DNA of 64,000 nucleotides from Eledone cirrhosa (taxonomy: Eukaryota). The notes under the pieces were generated by a model, which was given only the letters and a program-made list of their open reading frames with translations, was not told the DNA's origin and made no database searches. The stretch is taken from contig OZ024753.1 in the NCBI GenBank assembly GCA_964016885.1, forward strand, positions 43,958,001 through 44,022,000, read 5' to 3'. Shown piece after piece: positions 42,196 to 55,998 of the stretch. Position 1 is the stretch's first letter. Each line of letters starts with the position of its first letter. A program made the position numbers and the translations under genes.

Positions 42196-42926
42196 GTGCG
42201 TGGGCCCCCATTTGCTCATAATAGTGAGAGATGGGGAGAACAAGAGAGTCAGAAGTAGTGATAGTGGGATTTCAATTCTTCTGTGTTCAAACCTGGTGTT
42301 TATCTATATATGTTTCATGGGAACACACTCACAATGTATAGCTACAAGATAAGTAGTACTCTTCTATATCTGCAATCCCACTTATAAATATCTACAATGA
42401 TTGTAATTTTTTTAATTAATGACAACACTAAATCTTTTGGAAATGTTTCAACAACTCAACAATCATTCTAATACCATAAATACCATATTCCTTGCTAAAT
42501 CAGAGGTTAGGCTAGTGAGCTTCATAACAAGCTGAATAGGCATCACAAGATCCTTTATGATGAAATATATTAGTGAAATATTGGGGTTGATTTAATCAAA
42601 TTATCAAACCCCATCAGATCCCGAATTTCTGGCTTTGTTCTTAAATCAGAAACCATTTATGTATATGTAAAAAGATAGCAATAAATGTGTAGTTAGAGTG
42701 ATATATGTTATGTGCTGTGGAGGACTGGGTCTAAAAATATTGTTTGCCAGGAGATGAAGGGGCCCACCCATATATAGAATGCTATCATTTAATTTTTATA
42801 ACGAATAAAGGTTTTTCAATAAAATACATAACTGGAAACAAAAAAGTGCAATTAAATATCTGCAGGGAAAAAAAAAATGTGAACTTTATTTAAAACTAAT
42901 TATAGTGTATATATATATATATATAT

Positions 42927-43039
42927 CCCAAATTAAATTAAGGGTGTCATGTCTGAGACATGCACCATGTCCACTGTAGAATATGCTCAAAGATTCCAAT
43001 GAATAGATCCGAGCATTTTATATCAACTAGAAATTGATT

Positions 43040-43078
<39 letters not shown>

Positions 43079-43210
43079 TAAACACATGAAACAATCACAA
43101 GGGATAATTTGTAAAGTGTCCTTACACACTTTACAAATTATCCCCTGTGATTGTTTCATGTGTTTAATTTAGATATATATACATGTCAATCAATTTCTAG
43201 TTGATATATA
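42927..43210. mobile_element. Fold-back island in (TA)n with no ribozyme core retained
   Basis: Arms 43019-43119 and 43126-43208; the unpaired tail is the reverse complement of 21461-21570. Confidence 0.85.
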
Positions 43211-44473
43211 TGTATATACATATATTACTGGCAGTATACAGTAATACCAAATGTAAATACAGAATATTATAATTGAATTTTTAAATAATTGTGAATTATA
43301 ATCGGTTATTTTGTAAAGTTTTAACCAAATTGAAAATAAATTCCTATAAATCTATATTTTCTTATAAAAATCACGGCAATGCAGTCAATACCACATCTAA
43401 GTACCATTTGCTCTCCTACAGAAACTTTTTTTACACCCATTTTTGCGATTAAGTAAAGAAAGTTTTATGTATTTAAATTTATTTATTTAATTATAAATAC
43501 GGAAAGTGTAGCGATAGAAAATAAATAAAAGTTCGAAATAATTATAATATCCGACATTGTTTACAGAATAATAGTGTAAAATTGTGACACCGGTTTAGGG
43601 ATTGCATGTAACCCTTGCACTCTCGTCCCCACGGTCATTTGATGTTGAGATTAAAGAGAGGTGGGGAGTAAATTAATTGTTTTATTTATTTACTTATATG
43701 AAACAAGGAACAAGATGCCGGGAAAGAAAGAAAAAAAATTGCCCTCATTAAAAAATAAAATTCAGCCATTACCCCTCCCATGATGCAACAGTTGCAGGTA
43801 AATAATTTGACGATTTAGCGACATCAGTTCCTAAAATTTCTCCGAGCCGAAATCTTAAGAACGATAACTCTGTCTTTACTTAATCGCAAAAATGGGTGTA
43901 AAAATGTTTCAGTCGGGAAAATTTGTTTATGTATGGACATATTTATATGTCCATACATACTCTCTGTATAGGTATATATTATAATTACTTAACACACATA
44001 TCAAATAAATTGGATTTAATCATTTTCATCATAGAGTTGGTGAAAAATATTTGATAACCATATAATTGTTTTTTAATTTGGCCCTTTTAAGGGCCACCTA
44101 TATTTTCATTTAAGTTAACTCCACTGCTGGTGAAAATGACTTGTTTTCTACATTGATAACCATGACAATGAAAATATAAATGATTAAATCCAATTTATTT
44201 GATAACCATGACTTGTTTTCTAATTAACTTAAATTTGTTTTCTAATTTGGCCCTTTTAAGGGCCACCTATATTTTCATTTAAGTTAACTCCACTTACATC
44301 GATATGCTTTATTAAAATAACTATTTCTTTATTATGCGTGGTAATACGGAAATAAACGATGTTTACGATTGAGAAGGTTGACAAAACTTTCACTTCTGAC
44401 AGCTAATGGCATGGTAGTGCCAAAGACGTCTATGCATGATAAAATAATATCTTCATTTAATATTTCGAATAAT

Positions 44474-44513
<40 letters not shown>

Positions 44514-44583
44514 CACACACATACATATAATCATCGACGACGACGATCACCACCTAGTCGTCGTCGCAACCGACGGAGTGGCA

Positions 44584-44711
<128 letters not shown>

Positions 44712-45486
44712 CACACATACAGAGGGAGAGAGGTACATGTATGTATGTACGTACGTACATATATGGACATAATTATATATGAAGGTTGAAACTTTGTATA
44801 TACCTTTCCGACAGAAATACTTTATTTATAAACAATGGAAAATAAAAAATCAGCGATGCATCGGAACCCAATCCAATGCGTACCACAACTGCTTCCCCGG
44901 AGAACAGCTCGAGGCGCGGTCCGTGTGTGGATCGACCCGACATCAATAAAAACTTTCCCAACTGAATCTTTTTTGCACCCATTTTTGCGATTAAGTAAAG
45001 ACAGAGTTATCGTTCTTGAGATTTCGGCTCGGAGAAATTTTAGGAACTGATGTCGCTAAATCGTCAAATTATTTACCTGCCCCGTTGCATCATGGGAGGG
45101 GTAATGGCTAAATTTTAGTTTTTTAACGATGGCAAAATTTTTAATTTAAAGTTTTATTTATTTACTTATATCAAACAAAGAATAAGATGCCCGGAATGAA
45201 ATTAAAAAACTTTGCCGTCATTATAAAAAAATAAAAATCAGCCATTACCCCTCCCATGATGCAACGGGGCAGGTAAATAATTTGACCATTTAGCGACATC
45301 AGTTCCTAAAATTTCTCCGAGCCGAAATCTCAAGAACGATAACTCTGTCTTTACTTAATCGCAAAAATGGGTGCAAAAATGTTTCAGTTGGGAAAGTTTT
45401 TTAAATATTTTATGGACATATATATGTCTCTCTCTGTATATTATAATTACTTAACATACATATATATATACAATTATACACACGCA

Positions 45487-45520
<34 letters not shown>

Positions 45521-45724
45521 AGAGAGAGAGAGAGAGAGAGCAGTGGCTCTGCGTCGGTTACGACGATGAGAATCCTTAGAAAAATCACGGCAATGCAGTC
45601 AATATCACATCTTCATACAGATACATCGATTTCATCTACTTTTAATATTTTACATCCTATTATTCGTTTCTCTACTGAAATAAATTTATGCGTGTATTAT
45701 GTATAATATATAATACAGGAAAGG

Positions 45725-45771
45725 CTTCTACAGGACTAGAACTGTTTCATTCGGGAGAAATCATCAGGAAG
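45725..45771 (-). ncRNA. Hammerhead motif (left arm of palindrome)
   Basis: cttc CTGATGA t TTC tccc GAA t GAAACAG ttctagtc CTGTA gaag. Confidence 0.8.
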
Positions 45772-45776
45772 GTCGA

Positions 45777-45823
45777 CTTCCTGATGATTCCTCCCGAATG
45801 AAACAGTTCTAGTCCTGTAGAAG
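45777..45823 (+). ncRNA. Hammerhead motif (right arm of palindrome)
   Basis: cttc CTGATGA ttcctcccgaat GAAACAG ttctagtc CTGTA gaag; GUA triplet. Confidence 0.8.
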
Positions 45824-45899
45824 CCTTTTCTATATTAAATATTTATACACTTGTGGTTAACCCCGATTGAACCCGGGATAAACATTATATATATATATA

Positions 45900-46255
45900 A
45901 AGGTGCAGAGGACTAAAAGTCGATGGAAGCCTTGGAGTGGGGAGACCCAAGAAGACCTGGGATGAGGTGATAAAAGCTGACCTACCCCAATTGAACCTCT
46001 CAACGGCGATGACACACGACCATGACCTCTGGCATCACGTAGTAATACAGAAGACCCGACTTCCCAAAGACAATATGCCCCCCGCTCCCCACACTTATTG
46101 TAAGTGTTCCAGCTGTTGAAATCAAGCCACAATCAATTCCCGTATGAGCAAGGCAAGGTCACCCGACCTGGCACTGCCCACAACAGGACAACCCGTCTAA
46201 CCCATGCTAGCGTGGAAGAATGGACGTAAAACGGTGGTGATGATGATGATGATAT
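45900..46255 (+). mobile_element. 5'-truncated RTE LINE
   Basis: GRPKKTWDEVIKADL, 3'UTR and (GAT)n; homologous to 8027-8475. Confidence 0.88.
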
Positions 46256-46405
46256 ATATTTTTATGTGTGTATATATATATATATATATATAACCAAAGC
46301 TTAATAATATTCATTGATTACTCAATGAATATTATTTACCTCCGAAATATATATAATAAAACATATATTTTGATTATGTGAACGTATTCATTTATTAATA
46401 TTTTG

Positions 46406-46442
<37 letters not shown>

Positions 46443-46531
46443 CAAAGGTATATTTAATTTGTTGGTAATTCAACAAATATATATATATATATATATTCCT
46501 AGATATGTCAATATTTATAAAACAAACTTTG

Positions 46532-46594
46532 TATTTTATCTGATGAGCGCGTACCAAAGTTTTGGTACACTTGAACTATATATATAATAGAATA
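46532..46594 (+). ncRNA. Hammerhead motif, GAAA>GAAC mutated
   Basis: tattttat CTGATGA gcgc GTACCAAA gt TTTGGTAC actt GAAC tatatatata atagaata. Confidence 0.65.
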
Positions 46595-46794
46595 AATATG
46601 GTTTTATAAATATAGTTTCCATTTATTAATCTCATTGATATATATATTATATATCAAAGATTAATATGGTTCATTGATTACTCAATAAATACAATTTTAC
46701 AATAGATTAAAAGCACTCAACAAAGTTGAGTTGGAGTTTTAATATTATTCAAAATATTAACAAATGAAGATATTCACATAATCAAAATATATGC

Positions 46795-46857
46795 TTTATT
46801 ATATATATTTCGAAGGTAGTGTGTTGTTTTTTTCCCGTACATCCTCGTCAGATAAAA
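46795..46857 (-). ncRNA. Hammerhead motif
   Basis: tttat CTGACGA ggatgta...tacctt c GAAATATATATA ataaa; partial inverted copies at ~46955-47040 and ~46337-46410. Confidence 0.72.
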
Positions 46858-48016
46858 TATATGATTATAATATATATATATATTATACAAATATATTATA
46901 TAATCATATATTTTATTTATAAACATTTTATTTATAAATATTTTATTATGTAAACGTGCGGGAAAAAAAACAACACAGTACCTTCGAAATATATATTTTG
47001 ATTATGTGAATATCTTCATTTGTTAATATTTTGAATAATATATATAACAACAACAACAACAACAACAATAGAGAGGCAAATTTTATTTAGGAAAAACAGG
47101 AATTCTCGTCGTCACAACCGACGGAGTGCCACTGCTCTCTCTCTATATACATACAGAGAGAGGTACATATATGTACATACATGTATGTACGTACGTACGT
47201 ACATATATGGACGTAATTATATATGAAGGTTGAAACTTTATAAATAAAGTATTTCTGTCGGAAAGGTATATATAAACAATGGAAAATAAAAAATCAGCGA
47301 TGCATCGGAACCCAATCCAATGCGTACCACAGCTGCTTCTCCGGAGAACAGCTCGAGGCGCGGTCCGTGTGTGGATCGACCCGACATACATAAAAACTTT
47401 CCCAACTGAAACATTTTTGCACCCATTTTTGCGATTAAGTAAAGACAGAGTTATCGTTCTTGAGATTTCGGCTCGGAGAAATTTTAGGAACTGATGTCGC
47501 TAAATGGTCAAATTATTTACCTGCCCCGTTGCATCATGGGAGGGGTAATGGCTGAATTTTATTTTTTAACGAGGCCAAATTTTTTAATTTCTTTCCCGGC
47601 AACTTGTTCCTTGTTCCATATAAGTAAATAAATAAAACAATTAATTTACTCCCCACCTCTCTTTAATCTGAACATCAAATGACCGTGGGGACGAGAGGGC
47701 AAGGGTTACATGCAATCCCTAAACCGGTGTCATAATTTTACACTATTATTCTGAAAACAATGTCGGATATTATAATTATTTTGAAGTTTTATTTATTTTC
47801 TATCGCTACACTTTCCGTATATAAATAAATGAATTGAAGGTTTTCATATTTGAAATGCATAAAACTTTTAGCAAGTTCTCTGGTAGCTTCGTTGGTAGGA
47901 AATGGATATTCCTCTTTCGTAATGAAGTGAGAGGTTCAATATCGAGCTGGCACTGGAGAAATAAATTTATTTTATTATTTTAACTTACAAATGGTATAAT
48001 GTCTATATATATATAT

Positions 48017-48445
48017 GGCATACATGACTTTTAGCGGTCGCAATAATAAAAGTAATTTTATTTTCATTTTCGAACGTCGTGTTTACATTTTGTGTGTGTG
48101 TTTCAACGAAACATGCTGGCGACGAAGCTTCTTCTTTGCACGGCTCCATGTGTTCTCTCTGAGCTGTGTGTGCACATCAAGGTCCGCAGGATCTACAAAG
48201 TTCCGTTCGTGCACCACAACATCATGAACGTAAATCCCACCCTCAATTTCCGAATAGGAAGCCCAACCATCGGAGATGATGCGGCTGTCAGGCAAAATCC
48301 CTGCTGAATGATGGGGACGAGAGTGTCACAGCTTCGATTTGGGACTTCTACAAGGCAGCAGCGTCCAGAATGACGGACTCACCATTCTGCAAGCCTCCTT
48401 ACAAGATTACTTCGGTATTGAATACTCTTCTCTTAACCGTCAACT

Positions 48446-48522
<77 letters not shown>

Positions 48523-48718
48523 GTTATGTAATAAACAACATAAGGCAATTATTTCATTTACCAGTGGTTTCTTAAAAGCAAAAAAATCTGATGATTGAAA
48601 GCAAATTTTTTTTGCATTTAAGAAACCACTGGTAAATGAAATAATTGCCTTATGTTGTTTATTACATAACTATTAAGCTCACTCTTTTTTCCTGGACTTT
48701 TCCGACGGAATTACTTCA

Positions 48719-48754
<36 letters not shown>

Positions 48755-48899
48755 CAGTTAAAACGACAGAGGCTCTGATTTTGTCTTTAATCTCGATAAC
48801 AAATTTAGATCTAAATACACACACAAAATGTAAACACGACGTTCGAAAATGAAAATAAATTTACTTTCATTTTTCAGACCGTTAAAAGTCATGTATGCC
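48017..48899 (-). mobile_element. Merlin (IS1595/ISXO2-like) DNA transposon, internally deleted
   Basis: ~85-bp TIRs GGCATACATGACTTTTA...TAAAAGTCATGTATGCC and 8-bp TSD atatatat/atatttat. Frameshifted transposase LVEVPNRSCDTLVPII/ILPDSRIISDGWASY...HERNFVDP...HTQLRENTW at ~48100-48390. Confidence 0.9.
48588..48638 (+). ncRNA. Hammerhead core lacking the 5' strand of stem I, in palindrome 48521-48672
   Basis: CTGATGA ttgaaagcaaa...tttgcatttaa GAAACCA c TGGTA aatg. Confidence 0.7.
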
Positions 48900-48910
48900 A
48901 TATTTATATG

Positions 48911-49117
48911 CAGTGGTGGACTGGCTAGGTTGCCCGATGGTAAAAATGTTTTTTTTTTTTTTTTTAAATGTCTGTTCTAGATCTTAGACTTCACATTTTA
49001 TTTTAATGCAAAGCATTGGATCTGAAATACTACGGTGGGCACCTGAAATACTACTATGGCTTCCCCGGGGCCCCATTTTCCATAGGACAACCTGGCACCC
49101 TAGCCAGTCCGCCACTG
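48911..49117. mobile_element. hAT-like MITE
   Basis: TIR cagtggtggactggctagg / cctagccagtccgccactg; imperfect 8-bp TSD tttatatg/gttatgtg. Confidence 0.75.
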
Positions 49118-49863
49118 GTTATGTGGGTTGTATCTGCTATAAATGTGAGGGTATTAATTAGGTGGGGGAAATATGTGAGTGACGTAGTGTTAACCAAAAG
49201 TGTGGGTTGTATTATAATAATTGTGGGTAGCTCAGAATGAGTCTATTTGTTCAAATGCAATTCTCATTTAATAAATCAGATAGACAAAAAGAACGTATAT
49301 ACTTTTTTAAAAACTGCAATACAAACGTTGAAGTATAATTTGATTACACTAAATTTTCTTCTGTCTAATCCTACTTTCTTGCTCTGAAAATGTAGAGAAA
49401 CGTGATGGTAGTAAAGTATATTTATGACACATCTAAACACTCCTTAGAAAGCCATTTTTCTGCATCATGCTGAATAATTTGGCAACTATTATTCTATATT
49501 ATTTTTTTCCCTTTTGCCCAGCATGAGTTCTGAAATTGATTTATAGAAATCTTTATGTTACACAGTCTTCAATTGTGGTTATTGCATTTCTCCCCAACTC
49601 CTTTCTCATTTAGCAATATAGAATTCAACAGTAGGATATCTTAGAATTTAAAAATTCCCATTTTAGATTTATGAAAAGAGAGAAAACAAAACCACTTTGC
49701 ATCAAATATATGAACATTTATTCTTGTTGTCATTGTTGTTATCGTTGTGGCTGTGGTTGTTGTTGTTTTTAAACATTTAACTGCACAGCAAAAGTGTGAT
49801 CTAAGGCATACTAGAAGTAGGATGATTGCTGCTTTAAATGCCCATCTGGGATGTGAGAGTGCA

Positions 49864-49897
<34 letters not shown>

Positions 49898-49954
49898 AGA
49901 GAGGGAGATCATTGAAGCAGTCATTTTTGTGAATCTGACATAATCATCGTGGCC

Positions 49955-50007
49955 TGTTGCAGGTTAAGTTTAGGGTCATCAGTGACCCCTAGATTTAACC
50001 TGCAACA
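49955..50007 (+). ncRNA. Candidate pre-miRNA-like hairpin
   Basis: tgttgcaggttaagtttagggtca-tcag-tgacccctagatttaacctgcaaca: 24-bp stem with 2 G:U pairs and 1 bulge, in non-repetitive context. Confidence 0.35.
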
Positions 50008-51310
50008 AACAATCATAATTTAGCTGTGCTAATGTTGATCTGAACAGCAGGATTGAAGAGATGAACAAGCGAAAAGAATTAAAGTTCTGAGAAGTCAATT
50101 AACCTGCAAGACATAGGAATAGAATATTAAAAACAGACTGGATAATGTCAGTCATTGATACATTGTATCTGAATAAAGGTTGGGATTGTTGATAATTGGA
50201 AAATACTGACATTTGAAATGAAATGCTTCAGAAAAATCAGGAATATCTTCTGCATGGAACACATAAACAATAAAAACATGTGCACAGCGACATGTAGGCA
50301 ACATGGAGACCTGATAATCACTGTAAAGAACAACCGGGTAACATGTAGGAAACTATAATGACTAAACACTGTAAAAGATAATGAAGCAAATGCTGTTTTA
50401 AAACCATTTTCACCACCACCATCATCACTGTTACTACTACCACCACTCTATCTATCTATCACTTTCTCTCTCTGTTTTTTTCTTTATCCCTGTTTGTCTC
50501 TCTCTCTCTCTCGCTCAGTCTTTCAATATTGTTTCTGTCTGTCTGTCTCTCTGTCTGTCTGTCTATCTGTCTCTCTATATCTCTGTCTGTCTCTCTATAT
50601 GTCTGTCCGTCTGTCTGTCTATCTGTCTGTCTCTCTATCTGTCTATCTGTTAGTCTCATATATTAGTGAATTACACAGAACTGTCCAATCACACCATTTA
50701 ACTCAACTCACCTATCAACATAACTAATAAGCGTAACATATAATGTCCTAGATAATTCATAATAGCTGTTAAATTCTCATTTAGGGACTCCCCTGTACTA
50801 CTTAATTCATAATGGCTGCTTAATGCTCATTTAGGGACCAGCAACCCTCAAACCAATGCAAGCCACACTTATTCATACAGATGACACCATACAAATAATT
50901 ATAGATTGGTTAGCAGTAGCTGTTTACACAAATGAATTAGTTGTTGTTATTGTTGTTATTGTTATTGTTTTCAATGTCAAACAGCATGAAATCACCCTAA
51001 GCTGTTTATTTTAAATTGTTTCAACATCATCATCATCATCAGCATCTTTTAATGTCAGTTTTCCCTTGTCCTGCTAGCAAGGGTTGGCTAGATCTTTATA
51101 GATTGAGTCAGTTACATAGCAGAACTATCGACTTCTCAAATACTTCTATATGTAAACTCTGACCTAGCTGAGGTATCTATCTCTCTCCCTCTCTCTCTAT
51201 CTATCTATCTATCTATCTCTCCATCCATCTATCTATTTTTCTATCTATCCACACATATATATATATATAGTAATAAGAAAAAGAAGACTAAAATCCGAAG
51301 AGGGCTCGAC

Positions 51311-51363
51311 AAGTTTCAGAAGATCCCGTTAAGGGTGAAAGCAGCGATTCTTTGCTTAAACTT
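51311..51363 (+). ncRNA. Hammerhead motif, variant core CAGAAGA
   Basis: aagttt CAGAAGA t CCC gttaa GGG t GAAAGCA gcgattctt TGCT T aaactt; preceded by an inverted copy of the family tail (51268-51312). Confidence 0.75.
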
Positions 51364-52044
51364 TAATCTGTTATTTTAATATATATATATATATCATCAT
51401 CATCATCATCCTCATCATCTTCGTTTAACATCCACTTTCCACGCTAGCATGGGTTAGATATATATATATATATCCCGGGATACACACTCACACACACACA
51501 CACACAACAGGCTTTTGCAGTTTCTGCCTCCCAAATTCCACTCCCAAGGAATTAATAAACCTAAGAGTATTGTAAAAAGATACTTGCCCAAGGTACCACA
51601 CACCCAGCAAGACTGAACCCAGAACCATCCAGTTATGAAACAAAGTCTTTAACCTCACAGCCATACTTAATTCAATTTTAACCTATTATATATTTTTTGC
51701 TGCCACCAAAACAACATTACCAATGCAAGAATACACTTTTAGTTTTCTTATAGTAAAATTAAATTTGACTTCCTTTCTCTATCTCAATTCAAAACATTAT
51801 CTTATCTAATCTTTCCAATATTCTATTGGCTTTCCATTAATTGCAGTATATGTTCTGTCTTTAATTAAATTTCAGCAGCTCTTCTCTACTAAAATGCAAT
51901 TTGTTGTCACTACTACTATTTTGTGAATACTGTGAGATATACACGGGAGGTTGACGGGGTTGACGGGGGGTGGGTGGGGTGGTGGGGGGTTTGACATACA
52001 AGTTTCTTTTGTTTTCTTTTCTATTTAATGATTAAAATCAATAA

Positions 52045-52730
52045 TAATAATAGTGATGATAGTTGTAGTAGTAGTCGAAGTGGTAGTTGTAGTAGTAGTA
52101 ATAGTAGTAGTAGTGGTCGTAGTAGTGGCAGTAGTAGTAGTGGCAGTAGTAGTAGTAGTGGCAGTAGTGGTAGTGGTGGTAGTAGTAGTAGTGGCAGTAG
52201 TAGTAGTAGTAGTAGTAGTAACGATAATAACAATGAACATATTCCAGATGTTGGTGGGCGGAAATGTTGAAGAAGCAACAAGAAGTTAGTTTTAATTTTT
52301 GTCATTTTGAAATTGTGATATGTCAGAAATGTCTTGTAGTCTTTTGACAAATGTTGTCATCAGTTCTTCATTGTTGTCATGACCCTCATCATCATCACCA
52401 TCATCATTATCATCACCATCATCATCATCATTACCATCATCATTACCATAATCACCAGCATCAATACCATCACCATCATCATCAACCTCATTATCCTTAT
52501 CATCGCCACCACCACCATCATCACCATCACCCTCTCCACCACCACGACTATCATCACCACCACCACCACCATCACTGTTACCTTCATCATCATCATCAAC
52601 ATCATTATCCTTATCATTACTATCCCGACTATCATCATCACTATCACCACCATCACCCCTATCATCACCACCACCATCATCACTATAACCACCACCACCA
52701 CCCCTATCATCATCATCTCCATCATCTAAC
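52045..52730. repeat. (GTA)n and (CAT/CAC)n tracts
   Basis: Direct reading. Confidence 0.95.
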
Positions 52731-52759
52731 ATTTATTTAAAAACGACGATGATAATGAT

Positions 52760-52945
52760 AATTGTTTCTACTTTTGACACAAAGCCAGCAATTACCCAGT
52801 GCATTACTGGTACTTTATTTTATCGACCCCGTAAGGATGAAAGGCAAAGTCAACCTCGGCGGGATTTGAACTCAGATCGTAAAGCGCCATAACTCTTTAC
52901 TGCAAAGCATGGCATCCGACCCTCTACCGATACTGCCAATCCACT
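52760..52945 (-). mobile_element. Meta-type SINE
   Basis: Near-identical to 640-825. Confidence 0.9.
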
Positions 52946-54029
52946 GATAATAATGAGCCAATGAAGACATTGAACATGAAAATACACAAATTATAAATCT
53001 CTTAATAACATTTCTATAATTTGTAGAAGTTATTGTCAACCCCAAACTTTATCTAATTCCAATTAAACCTATCTATATATAAACCGTATTCTTCATTAAC
53101 ACAATACTTCTTTAGTTTGTTGATAGAGCTAGTGAAACATTCTACCATCTGTTTCTAGCTTAAAGTAGCTTAGAGCTGTTATCAAAATACATTATATTAT
53201 GTTTTCTTGTAACAAATCTTTGCTTTCCAAATTTCTCTAATAGTTTATATTAAGCTTCTTTAGATTCTCAAATATTTGCAGCTTTACATGTAATGTATCG
53301 TTTATAAAATATACTATTTTCTATTTTATAATTAGTTTCATGTGTGTTTATTAAATTATCTGTTTTTTCATGGCTATGGGGTGAAGGAATTTGTTTCATA
53401 AACCATGTGCTTTTGAGTTCATCCCCACTCTGTAGCAACCTAAGACTTCAATAAAAAAAGACTTTCTGAAGGACTCTGCAGTGGTATTGAACGCAGAATC
53501 ACATTCTTGTCAAAGATATACTTCTTAACTCTGTGATCATGTTGGTTATTTGATTTCAGTTCCTTTGACTGAGTCTATTGAAAACCTTGACTTTAGTTGT
53601 GATAGTTGTGATAGGATACAAAACTTTCCAATCTCTGATTACTAGCCAGCCACCCTATCAGCTCAGTCATGTGTAAATCTGTCACTAATTATTAAGAATT
53701 GTTAGGGAGCATTGATAAAGTGAATAATCAATATTGATTTTCATTTCTTAGGATATATATCTGAGAGTTCTTATTTCAACAACAACTCTGTTGGATTAAT
53801 CAGAGCAGATTATACAATGGGTGGTCATTCATCATAAAGATCGTTCCAGTCCCTCTGTCTGCTTTCTTTCTAGTAAGACAAAACATCTCTTTTCATATCA
53901 AAAATGAATGTATGTCTATTTTAATGTTTATCATTTAATTTGTCTAACATTCGCTCAACACATTTAATTCACCGAATAACACAATACTTTTTTTTGGCAT
54001 ATACCTATTTTTATAGGTAATTATCAGAA

Positions 54030-54220
54030 ATAATTGTTTCTACTATTGGCACAAGGCCAGCAATTACCCCAGTGCATTACTGGTACTTTATTTTATCGAC
54101 CCCCGTAAGAATGAAAGGCAAAGTTAACCTCGGCGGGATTTGAACTCGGACCATTAAGGGCCGTAACTCTATGCTGCAAAGCATGGCATCAGACCATCTA
54201 CTGATACTGCCAATCCACTT
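54030..54220 (-). mobile_element. Meta-type SINE
   Basis: Near-identical to 640-825. Confidence 0.9.
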
Positions 54221-54266
54221 TAATGCCTTTCAAGTTGTCTTCTGTTAGTATATATATATATACTAT

Positions 54267-54610
54267 GGAGGTACATGGCTTAGTGGTTAGAGCATTGGCC
54301 TTGCAATCGAAAGGTTGTGAGTTCAATTCTCAGACCGGGTGATGTGTTGTTTCCTTGAGCAAGGCACTTTATTTCACATTGCTCCAGTTTACTCAGCTGT
54401 AGAAATGAGATGATAGGGACTAGGGTCCCTATCATTCCACTGCAAAGTGGTCGTGCAGGTGCCACGGCAAAAAAGCACCCAGCACTCACTGTAAATGAGG
54501 TTGGTGTTAGGAAGGGCATCCAGCTATAGAAATCAAGCCAGAATCAGTTCCCGTCCCACCCTTGCAAGCAGGGAAAAGTGGACGTAAAATGAAATGATGA
54601 TGATGATGAT
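54267..54610 (+). mobile_element. CORE-type SINE with RTE tail (most complete copy)
   Basis: Same family as 11992-12310. Confidence 0.9.
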
Positions 54611-55998
54611 ACACACACACACATGCACACACACACACACACACACACATACATATACAAATGCCCAGTTCACACTGTAAAGTGGTCATGTAGGCATCAC
54701 AGCAAAAAGTGCCCCACCCACTGATAATATCTGCTGGCCACAAGTCCTGGCAGAAGGAGGTGGGAGCTAAACTCAGAATGGATGGCGATGGACCAGATAC
54801 TTCTTAGCTTCCCATCCAAATTTACCAATCTGTGGCCCCAAGACTGGTAATTTATTTATCAAACTGAAGAGGATGAAAGGCAAAATTGACATTGAAGTGA
54901 TTTGAATTCAGAATGTAGCGAGCTGAAACAAATACTGAGGCATTTGACCTGACACTCTAATGACTCTGTCAATTGACTATACCACAATTATAGGGTTCTT
55001 GACGAAGCCAGATCTAGAATGATCTGTGACACCTTCTTGACATTTAGATAAGACAATGTAGATCAACAGGTTCTGCCTGGAAAAAACATGAATATAGTAA
55101 GGATTTTAATCTTATTTCATAATAGGAATGTTTGATTTAAGAAAATCTTGAAATAAATTACGTTGAAAATATTTGAAATGTCTGCAAGGCAAAACTTGTC
55201 CTAATTAAAATTATCTAAAATCAATCTTCTCTCTCAGATCATTTTTGATAAATTGTAAATCTAGGTGTAAGGTCAATCTGATTAACATTTTGGTAAAAAT
55301 AAGAATATAGTTTTACTTTAAATTCATTTATAGAATGTTGAGAAGTGTCTAATTCATTAGCCTTAGTTTCTATTTAAACTAAATCTTAGAAGTTAATCAT
55401 TTTTCATTTTATTTGAAATATATTATAGATCAGTTTAGATCGGATGATACTGCCTAAACAATAATGGTTTCTAACATTAGTAATAATTGTATCCTGATTT
55501 AGGCACAAGGCCAACAATTTGGGGGGGAGGGGAAAGTCGATTAAATCAACTCTAGTGCATTACTGGTACTTTATCAACTCCGTAAAGATGAAAGGCAAAG
55601 TTAACTTTGGCATAATTCTACTTCTTCTTCACCCACTTATTCCTGAGAGGGTCAATGTGGCAGTGTCAGCAAACACTCTTTCCAGGAATTCTGTCAGAAA
55701 GACATTGCCTATGTTCCTAACCCTTTCCTAACCCTATTTCTAACGAAAGACACTGTCTATGTTACTTACCATATTTCTAATGAAAGACACTGTCTATGTT
55801 CTTAACCCTTTCCTTACCATATTTCTAGTGAAAGACACTGCCTATGATTTTTAAATATTCTATGAAATAATCAAGAATTTAGGGACATTTGTAATATAAA
55901 TAACATTCTCATTATTAAGCTGGTGTTTAGAACATAACTTAAACTTTCTTACATAAACTTACAATGGAAAGATTTTAGGAATAAATAAATATAAAGAC

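Noticed and set aside
44396-44430. ctaat-ggca-tggtag-tgcc-aaagacgtc hammerhead-like relic
   Set aside because: Both core boxes are too degenerate to support a call.
44835-45050. Duplicated 71-aa ORF MENKKSAMHRNP (also 47279-47494)
   Set aside because: Part of a dispersed repeat; its identity reflects recent duplication and it has no recognisable protein motif.
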